Source of the DNA: Amoebidium appalachense
Taxonomy: Eukaryota > Protista > Ichthyosporea
Direction of reading: 5' to 3'
Assembly (NCBI GenBank): GCA_963693365.1
Contig: CAVNZM010000009.1
Location: 4,351,146-4,415,145 of the forward strand
DNA length: 64,000 nt
The position numbers were made by a program, and so were the translations under genes. Shown one piece after another: positions 54,553 through 64,000 of this stretch. The notes under the pieces were generated by a model. That model was not told where the DNA came from, did no database searches, and was given only the letters and a program-made list of their open reading frames with translations. Position 1 is the stretch's first letter. Each line of letters starts with the position of its first letter.

Positions 54553-57247
54553 AGTTATCTCATCAACACCACGCAACACCAAGAAAGAACACGCACATAC
54601 ACAGGCTCAACATAAAACTTTAACACACCCGCCTACACGTGTACATAACGGCACCCCCTGGGATATCCAAAGCACATACACACTGATGCACAAACATGAT
54701 GCGGCACGCACGCATGCACACACAACCCCACACCTGTTCACCCGTGCACTCAGGCACGCCCCACGCACATCGCAACTGGTGGGTTGTTTTGACGAGCAAA
54801 ACAACAAAAAGAGTAAACATACCATGGGGTGTTTATGCACTGGGTAGGGGCTAAGGAAAGGATCGTGGGGAGGGAGAGCGGGTGTGAGCAAGTAGGGAGG
54901 GATACTGGAGGAAGTAGGGGAGAAAACACGTGATGCAAAGGAGGGAATAAATGAGGAAGTGAGGGAGGCAGCAGGTGACGGAGGGAATAAGGGAGGAAGC
55001 AGGAGGGGGGGGGGGGACATGGGAGGCAGTAAGGGGGGGATCTGGGAGAGATATGGGAGGAAGACAGTAAGCCGGCGGCGGAGGTGGGGGGGGGGGGGTT
55101 ATATGGCAGAAAGTATGGGAGGGAACATGGGAGGAAGTAAGGGAGAAAACAGGTGAGGGAGAAGTATGGGAGGAAGTAAGAGAGAGACAGAGAGGGGACA
55201 AGCGGAGAGTGCAGGGGGAAGAGCAACAAGAAGGGGAAGCCAGGAGAGAGGGATAAGATCCATAGGTGAGAGAGGAGGAAGAGGGGGGGGGGGGGGGGGA
55301 GGAGGGGTGACCCACCTCTGCACATCTTCTACGAAAATCGGCCTCAGCAGCCAGCATCTGCTTTTTGACGTCACACTCGCCCTCCTCAACGTCGACGTTT
55401 CCACCCAGCCCCCCTACACCTACACATTCCAAATCCCCACCGCCTTCCGCAGGCCCCCCCAGCACTGAGGTCTTCGAAAGAAATAGCCGCTTGCTCTCAT
55501 GAGCTTCCACTTCCAAGCGCCCCATAGTAATCTGGGGGGTTTTACTCGCCCCTGGCTCGCGCGTCAAACTTTCCCGTCTTTGCTTTTCATGGTATGTTGC
55601 CGCCAATTTTCCAATTTCTTCCTGCAAATTCTGATCGCAAATCTTTATCTGCATCGACGTACCGGAAGACTCCAAGATCTCCACGGTCTGAACGTCGCTC
55701 AAACCGTAAAGTGGGTAGTCGTTGATTGAAAATACGCACATTCCCTCCTTTAGACCCCCTCTCCAGGCCGGGTTGTACTTCTCGACGTTCGTAACGATCC
55801 CCCTCGAGCACGAAAAACCCCAACCCTGGCCTGAGCATCCCCGAAGCAACAAAAAAGTCGCCGGTCGCCGAATAATCAAAACAGAGGGGTCTCTTCTGTT
55901 AATTTGCGCTTCCGGGAACATTTCGCGACGAAAATTGTCAATGGAAAAGCCACAAAGCGTGCGAATTTCATCCCCTGGTCGGACCCCCGCCTTCCACGCT
56001 ATGCTGTCTCGATCTACCGAGATGACATGTAGGTCATTGGATTTCAAACGCTGTGTGTAGGTGGGGGGATGGGAGGGGGGGGGGGTTTGAATGCGGAAAA
56101 CGGTACGAAGTACGCATGCACGACGAGAAGCATGGTGCAGGACACATGCAAAGGCAAACATTCAAGTATGCAACATCAGCCATGTGCACAGTATGCGTCA
56201 TAAGCAGAGCCCATCCTCAGGGAGGACCCAAGTCATCAATTGCGTCTGAGTTTCGACCCCTTAGCCCGCGTATATACGACGCTCCAACTCAGACAGCAGC
56301 ATCAACTGAACTTGGGCGGGTCAACCCGTCTTGATCAAAGACGAGCAGGGTTGCTTATGCAAGCAATGTGAGCAAAACGGTGCAGATGTGTGTGCAAACT
56401 AATGCAGTGCAGCGAAAAATGCGTATGTGCTTACAGATGCACGACACAGAGCAACCATGCCCGGTTGCATGGAAGTAAAGCGGTCTCCACACAGTGGTCT
56501 GTCCTGAAAGGACACCTCTGAAAGAAGACTGGGGGGGTTTGAATGCGGAAAACGGTACGAAGTACGCATGCACGACGAGAAGCATGGTGCAGGACACATG
56601 CAAAGGCAAACATTCAAGTATGCAACATCAGCCATGTGCACAGTATGCGTCATAAGCAGAGCCCATCCTCAGGGAGGACCCAAGTCATCAATTGCGTCTG
56701 AGTTTCGACCCCTTAGCCCGCGTATATACGACGCTCCAACTCAGACAGCAGCATCAACTGAACTTGGGCGGGTCAACCCGTCTTGATCAAAGACGAGCAG
56801 GGTTGCTTATGCAAGCAATGTGAGCAAAACGGTGCAGATGTGTGTGCAAACTAATGCAGTGCAGCGAAAAATGCGTATGTGCTTACAGATGCACGACACA
56901 GAGCAACCATGCCCGGTTGCATGGAAGTAAAGCGGTCTCCACACAGTGGTCTGTCCTGAAAGGACACCTCTGAAAGAAGACTGGGGGGGTTTGAATGCGG
57001 AAAACGGTACGAAGGGGGGGGGGGGGGGGGGGGGGGGAGGGGGGGGGAGGGAATGGTTATTAGTGTAAGACAATGAGGATTAGCAGGGGGCATTTTTTTT
57101 TTGGAGGGGAAGGGGGAGGGGGGGGGGGGGGGGGGGGAGGGGCTCCCGCTCAAAATCTCACCAAAAAAAGGATGGTGGTTGATGGCAAATGGGGTGTGTG
57201 GGTACTGAATAACTTGCGCTATTAATAATCAAGCAATGCACTTCTCC

Positions 57248-57284
<37 letters not shown>

Positions 57285-57317
57285 CTCCCCCCAATGCTGA
57301 TTGCACCCCCTCCCCCT

Positions 57318-57352
<35 letters not shown>

Positions 57353-58045
57353 CCCCTTGCCCCATCCCTCCCGTTCCCTTTCCCCTCCCTCCCCTTTAAC
57401 TCCCACCCACCCACCCACCCACCCACCCTCTCTCGCTCCCCCCCCCTCCCCCCCCCCCCCCTCCCCCCTCCCCCCCCGCCGTCCCCCCTCCCCTCTCTCA
57501 CTCCCCCCATCATCCAACCCCCCCCCCCCCCCCCCCCCCTTCCCCTCCCCAATCCCCTCTATTTCATGTATCTATGTATGTACGCTTGTTTGTAACTAAC
57601 CTGAACATGTATTCAGTTAGCTCATTTATTTATGCACCACTCCCTTCCCTTACGATACTCCTCCCTCTTAATACTTTAACACCTTTCTCCACCGCACACC
57701 CACCCACCCACTACCCCCCGGCCAAAACTGCAATCAAGTCAACAGGGCTAAAATAATGCATCGCAAACGCATACACAGAAATGAGCACATTAGCATTTAT
57801 TTACATCTATTCACACAGTGACATAATTGACATCATTTGCTTACACCCATTCACATTAAATTACAGATGCCTGCCCACAAACGAAAGACAACAAAAATGC
57901 ATGAAGTAGTAGCAAGACACGCATACCCATCCTTCCACCTGATTCACATGCACACACGCCAACATATGCAAGAACTCGCAAAGGAGCGCATATATGCAGA
58001 CATCTTCATACATGTGCACATACATGCACAGACGCGCGCGCGCTT

Positions 58046-58098
<53 letters not shown>

Positions 58099-58809
58099 AC
58101 CCCACCACCACCACCCCATCCACCCCCCCCCTCCCCCCCCCCTCCACACCCCCCCCCCCCCCCCCTCCTCCACCTTCCCTTCCCCCCTCCCTCCCATCCC
58201 CCCGCCGCCCCCCCCAACACACACACACACACACACACACACCTGCACATGCAAACCATAGTCCATCTCCCCACAGCAGCCCTGACCAGGGTCCCTCCTC
58301 AAACACACCATAGACTCCTCCCTCTTCCGTTCCTTCAGCCCAACGGATTTTTTCACCTGTAATTTCGCCCCAACACCCCCGGCAAAGGGGGCCTTTTCAC
58401 GTGCCTCGGGTATCATCGAACACATTGAATCCCCCAGGCTTCGAATATTCGCAACCATTGAGGCATTTTCGGGAATTTCAGATACGTCATCCTCAACACC
58501 CGGCAATATGCACCAATGAGAAAGAGAAGACGGTTTTTTCCGATCCGGCCCCTCCGGAAGACCCGAAAACCCCGAACCTTGACCCGAACCGAAACTGGGA
58601 CCAGGGCCCGTTTCGAAAGGTGATATGGAACGTATTGGTGATGACGGAAATGAGTTGACTGCGTGATTGGGTGCAGGGAAATGTTTGTGGGAAAGGGTCT
58701 CCGCTTCGCAGACTAGGTGGTCTTGAAGGTGGGTGAGGGACTCCGATGGAAGGGCGTCGGAGCTTCCATGGCCTGTTTTCCAGTGGGCCTGTCGAATGAG
58801 AGGTATGGA
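54143..58809 (-). CDS. Tandem-PDZ (syntenin-like) protein, spliced, 5' end unresolved
   Basis: Exons ~58809-58243 and 56050-55316 join in phase 0 to give DYGLHVQ|RLKSNDLHVISVDRDSIAWKAGVRPGDEI (PDZ1) and GWGFSCSRGIVTNVEKYNPAWRGGLKEGMCVFSIND (PDZ2). Tentative further exons: 60593-60549 upstream; 54839-54823 and 54446-54143 downstream. Confidence 0.7.
56086..57013 (-). mobile_element. Structured element subfamily B: head-to-tail concatemer of 452-bp units (2 full + 24-nt partial)
   Basis: TTTGAATGCGGAAAACGGTACGAA starts at 56086, 56538 and 56990. The reverse complement shares AAGCAACCCTGCTCGTCT.TGATCAAGACGGG, GGTCGAAACTC, CCTGAGGATGGGCTCTGCTTAT and TACTTCGTAC...ATTCAAA(C)n with subfamily A. Confidence 0.88.
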
Positions 58810-58825
58810 CTGTCGGAATGGAGGG

Positions 58826-58946
58826 TATGGAGGTGAGTGATTGGTTTCTTTCGTAAGGAATGGAGGTTAGTGATTGGTTCTTTCGTAAGGAATGGAGGTT
58901 AGTGATTGGTTCTTTCGTAAGGAATACGGGTTAGTGATTGGTTCTT
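58826..58946. repeat. Minisatellite, ~32-bp unit x~4
   Basis: Repeats of GAATGGAGGTTAGTGATTGGTTCTTTCGTAAG. On the minus strand each unit carries CTAAC or CTCAC, upstream of a putative acceptor. Confidence 0.85.
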
Positions 58947-59092
58947 CGCCAGACATGCCAGTTAGTCACTGTTCCTCATAGAGTATGGCTGACAGTAGCA
59001 GCACCGGGGGGAGGGCCTGGGCGGGGGGGGGGGGGGGGGAGGGGGGGGGGGGGGGGGGAGGGGGGGGGGGAGGGGGGAGGGGGGGGGGGGGG

Positions 59093-59200
59093 TTGAATGA
59101 GCCATAGAGTACGAAGTACATATTCCCAACAGACATCACATCGTAGAGTTCAAACCACAAATAAAGAGTATGCATAATAAGCAGGGCCCATCCTCGGGGG
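59093..59200 (-). mobile_element. 5'-truncated diverged copy of the structured element
   Basis: Reverse complement reads CCCCCGAGGATGGGCCCTGCTTATTATGCATACTCTTTAT...GTACTTCGTAC...ATTCAA(C)n. Confidence 0.75.
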
Positions 59201-59350
59201 GAGGGGGTTGGAGGCGGGGGGGAGGGAGGAATACACGGAGGTGCAATGGAGAAAGAGGGAAGGGGGAGGGAGCAAGAGAGAGAGATCGCAAGGGAAAGGG
59301 GGGGGGGGGGGGGGGGGGGGGGGAGGGAGGGAGGGAGGGAGGGAGGGAGA

Positions 59351-59450
59351 ATTTGGTATAGGTTACGAAGTACACATGCAGACGGACAACACAATGCAGA
59401 GTGCAAGGCACACATAAAGTATGCATCATTAGCCGAGCCCGTTTCAAGGG
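59351..59450 (-). mobile_element. 5'-truncated, strongly diverged copy of the structured element
   Basis: Reverse complement reads GGGCTCGGCTAATGATGCATACTTTATGTGTG...TGCATTGTGTTGTCCGTCTG...GTACTTCGTA. Confidence 0.65.
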
Positions 59451-61147
59451 GAGCGGGAGGGAGGGGGTGGGGGGAGTCAGATATATACATAGACAAGGTA
59501 CTATATCGAGGAGGGGGGGAGGGGGGGGGGGGGGGGCAGAAGAGGAACATAAAAGTAGGAGAGAAGAGAGACAGAGGTGAGAAAGACACTCACAGAGGGG
59601 ATGTGTATGTGTGTGTGGGTGTGTGTGCTCGCGCAAGCAAGAAGGGCAGGGCGGGAAGGGGAGGGGGAGGGGGGGGGGGGGGGGAGGGGAGGGGGGAAGG
59701 AGGAGATATGGGTGGGGACAGAGGTTGGGAATGGTGGTTGTTGTTGGTGGGGGGAGGGGAATGGAGTGCCACGATAAAACCAAAAAAAAGCCAACTTTGC
59801 TAGCAAAACTCCTGCAGCAAAATCATTTCACATACACACGAGTACAAAGAATCAGGCAAGTTGGTATAATGACAAGCACACTCGTAATAAAAATAAATCC
59901 AGCCTCCTACATGTACACCCCACCATGAGTGTCCTTCACATCAGGCCACAACCATGCTTTCGTGTGCCCTATCGTTATTTAATAACTCTCAAGGCCACAC
60001 GCACATACAACGTAAAACCGCTCCCATCCTTTTCTACGGGCAAGGTGGAGGGGACGAGAGCAGATAATGTTATGTGAATTTTGATGCACCCTCTTTTTTG
60101 TTGGGCCACGAACGCACAAACTGCGATAAGGTTTCTCAGAACGAATTAACGTTGGGTGTACGTACGAAGTTGCATAGCTGATCAGGGACGTTTATGTGGA
60201 AACACTCGTGTGCACAGCCAGCCCCCCCCCCCTCCCCCCTCCCCCCTCCCCCTCCCCCTCCCCATTCACTCCCCCTCTCCCCCCTCCTAAACACACATGC
60301 ACACGGACACAAATTGCAGGCATAAACCCACACACTCGCGCAAACACAAGCACACGCACATCCAGCCCCACAAGTGCACGCACACGCATGCGCGCACAAC
60401 CGCACGCACGCACACACACACACAAGCACGCACACCGTCCATACGACAGTACACACGCACGCACACCCACCTCACGTCAAACAAACATCATCCGCAAGTG
60501 TAGACACATAAACAGATCTAAAAGGAGAACATCTCAAACATGGCCTACCTGTGAAGACGCAGCCTCCATGACGCTGCGCAACCTTTTGGTGACCTGTCAG
60601 GAAATATGAACGAAAAAAAACTAAGCTTTGAGCTATGGACCGGTGACAGAAACGAAAAAGAAACAATGCTACTTATCACATGAAGACCGTAACTGCCAGG
60701 ATGCATGTGAAGGACCCTAGAAATTGTTTGGCTCATATATACGTATAGCCGTCAAGCAGTCTTCACTGCCATGAACGCCCAATGCATGTGAACACGGGTA
60801 AAAACTGGTACTGCATGCAGTAGTTCATGTTGCTACTCAAACTACGGCCATCGATGCCGTATATTGAAAACTAGATCGTCTAACGTAAGGATGGACTGAA
60901 ACAGTTAGAGCCCATACAACCACGCCAGTATACACAGCATATGTAAACAGAGACCTATTAGTAAGTAGTAAGCATGACACACTGTATGCCCCAGTGTCTG
61001 CCCCCCGGCCGGGTGCGCATTGCGTCACTGATCGGCTTTCATGACGTCACTAATGCATTTCGGAGAGCTCCCGTCCGGCCAGGCCTGGCAACAACAGCAA
61101 TTTGGCCATGCCAGGCTCCCTTCGGGACTTCTTTTTTGCCTTCTAAT

Positions 61148-61284
<137 letters not shown>

Positions 61285-61313
61285 ACACACACACACACAC
61301 ACACACGCACAGG

Positions 61314-61351
<38 letters not shown>

Positions 61352-61414
61352 GGCGCGCACACACACACACATACACCCACACACACACACACACCCAAAC
61401 ACACACACACACAC

Positions 61415-61482
<68 letters not shown>

Positions 61483-61933
61483 CCTTCGGAACACACGTGC
61501 ATCAACATGTTACCCCCCCTCCCCCCCGTCCTCCCCCCCCGGGCCCAAACAGGGCCCAGCCGCATAGGCAGCGTCGACTTCAACCCCGAGCAGAGCTGAA
61601 AGCAGGAACATTCAGCCAAAGCAGAATTATTCTGCTAAAAGCTTTAATCTTCTGTTAAACAGCAGAATTATTCTTAAACTACAGAATATTCAGCTACATA
61701 CAGAATTATTCCGCCTGTAGCGAGTTTATGCTGCTGCCGTGAGCATAATATTTCTGTGTAGTGCAGAATAATCCTGCCAAAACAGGGTATTTGTATCTCG
61801 CTCGAATATTCGTGCTTTTTCAGACTGCTGAGTTCTGTTTTGGGCAGAATAACGTACTGTTGCAGAATAATTTTGCTGTTAGCTGAATCTGCTTAGCGGA
61901 GTTGATCTGCTTATTTTGCCCCCTCCCCCCCCC

Positions 61934-61981
<48 letters not shown>

Positions 61982-61991
61982 CTCCTCCCCC

Positions 61992-62030
<39 letters not shown>

Positions 62031-62242
62031 AAAAAAAGGTCTTGAACAATTTTATTGATCATCATCCAAGAGTCTACTGATGGGGTTTCTCTAAATCTGT
62101 ATCAAAATAACCAGCAGGCATGTACATGTATCGCAAGTGAACTGTGCCGGAACACAACAAAAACACGGGTTCATTGCAATTGGGACATCGCGCCCAGGGA
62201 GGATGGCAATAGTGCACTAAAATGTGCATGTTAGTAGGTGGT

Positions 62243-62346
<104 letters not shown>

Positions 62347-62564
62347 GCGTGTCTGTGTGCATGTGTGTGTGTGCGCGCACGCGCACGCGGACACGTATGT
62401 TGTGTGTGTGTGGGTGGGTGGGTGTGGGTGTGGGTGTGGGTGTCTGTGTGTGTGTGTGTGTGCGTGCGTGCGTGCTTGTGCGTGTGTGCGCGCACGCGCA
62501 CGCGGACACGTATGTTGTGTGTGCGTGTGTGTGTGTGTGTGTGCGCGCGCACGCGGACACGTAT

Positions 62565-62642
<78 letters not shown>

Positions 62643-62661
62643 AGTGTATGTGTGTACGCGC

Positions 62662-62734
<73 letters not shown>

Positions 62735-62914
62735 TTGCTGGGGAGGGGATGGGGGGGTGGGGGGGTGGGGGGTGGGAAGGAGAAGACGGGGCGGGATAAA
62801 ATGTATAATACGCCGGACATGTGCAATATGTCCCTCTGAAGATGATATGCAGGACCTGCCCTTCCTGCCTTCTACCGGTACCGCAGGGCTTATCCATTTC
62901 TAATTATAAACGCT

Positions 62915-64000
62915 GTCGCACACATCGATTCAGTCGCACACATCGATTCAGTCGCACACATCGATTCAAATGTCGCTCTTTATTATCTGCTAATAAATAG
63001 TATCCTTCGCGCATCCACCCCTAAACCAGGCCATCCGTGGCCCTAAGGGCCGGGGAACACCCCCATCCATGTCATGGCACATGCCTATAATCGTTTCAGA
63101 ACCTCTTTCAAAGTTCCATCTACACCCATCACACATGTGCGACCATTAAAACGTCCAGCAGATACACCTACCACAGATGCACAACCAGAAAAACATCGCC
63201 TTAGACTAAGCGCAACACCTATTTACAATACACTACCCATTCAGAATAACACCACACCACTCCGTAGAAACACAATAACAACCATGCCGAAACTTTCGGT
63301 TGATACAGTACTGGCAGAACTTGCCCTCGTTAAGAAACAGCTAAATGAGCTGTTACCACTCAAGAACATGATAGAAAAACTCCAAACAGAAAATACCCAA
63401 CTCAAGCTCACCATTGATTCACTCACAGCCCAGCTAAACATTAGTGGATCGCAAAACCCCAAAACTCATGAGCAAACATCTCGCGACGGAGACATTTCCA
63501 CCCCAACACAAAACAACACAGGACCGGAAGCACAGCTCCCGGCAGAGTTCCTAGAATATGCGAACTCTCGTAAAACACCCGAGCTCCGCCAAATTGCCAA
63601 GGAAACATATGCCAGCATTCTTGCAGGCAACGAGTACCGCCGCAACTCCCCTCCCAAACCGCCGGCTAAGGGGAACACCCAAGCAAACGGTAACATCAAC
63701 ATCCCACCCAAATACGAGAGGGTGTATTTCAAAGTCAAGCACGGCAGACGCCCACACAGGGCCATGTGGTCCATCTTCAAGGCTCTCGGCTTCCGGTGCT
63801 CTCGCATCCTTTGTCTGTCCTTCATTGGATACGATGTGCTGGAAGTAGCAGTACGGGGCGACTATAACCGTGCGTTCATCCGTGACGCGACAAAGGGGTG
63901 TGGAAGCTTCTTCACCCACCTCCCAAGCTACGACCCATGCGCGCCGGAAAACATTCAGAAAGCAGACAAAGAACGTAAAGTGTCTGCTAAGAATGCGTGC
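62915..64000 (+). mobile_element. Second copy of the LINE (5' part; runs off the window)
   Basis: Three 18-bp monomers (62915, 62933, 62951), then 5' UTR and ORF1 matching the first copy at offset 27315 with no differences noticed by eye. Confidence 0.95.
63074..64000 (+). CDS. LINE ORF1, 3'-partial
   Basis: ATG GCA CAT GCC TAT..., same as 35759 onward; open to the window end. Confidence 0.9.
   Translation, partial: MAHAYNRFRTSFKVPSTPITHVRPLKRPADTPTTDAQPEKHRLRLSATPIYNTLPIQNNTTPLRRNTITTMPKLSVDTVLAELALVKKQLNELLPLKNMIEKLQTENTQLKLTIDSLTAQLNISGSQNPKTHEQTSRDGDISTPTQNNTGPEAQLPAEFLEYANSRKTPELRQIAKETYASILAGNEYRRNSPPKPPAKGNTQANGNINIPPKYERVYFKVKHGRRPHRAMWSIFKALGFRCSRILCLSFIGYDVLEVAVRGDYNRAFIRDATKGCGSFFTHLPSYDPCAPENIQKADKERKVSAKNAC

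Overview
Eukaryotic genomic DNA, intron-rich and saturated with poly-C/poly-G, (CA)n/(TG)n and (CT)n tracts, so almost all ORFs in the supplied track are low-complexity artefacts. The organism cannot be determined from the window; the genes look opisthokont-like. Bases 1-28495 hold the 3' 36 exons of an ABCC4/MRP4-like ABC transporter, which I spliced by hand (all introns GT-AG). Bases 31-44 kb are a transposon cluster: a deleted hAT element with TIRs and an 8-bp TSD, an intact APE-RT LINE, and remnants. Downstream are an intronless MGxCxS gene, a spliced secreted-protein gene, a PIF/Harbinger-type MITE, a minus-strand tandem-PDZ gene, and a second, apparently identical LINE copy that runs off the end. 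The best candidate for an undescribed system is a dispersed non-coding element found at 7 loci. It has covarying helices, a possible pseudoknot, a fixed 3' end running into poly-C, 5'-truncated copies and a head-to-tail 452-bp concatemer, which together suggest a mobile structured, possibly circular, RNA. Also notable are a stereotyped poly-C/(CA)n intron architecture, a CFTR-RI-like insertion in NBD1, and 18-bp initiator-containing monomers at the LINE 5' end.
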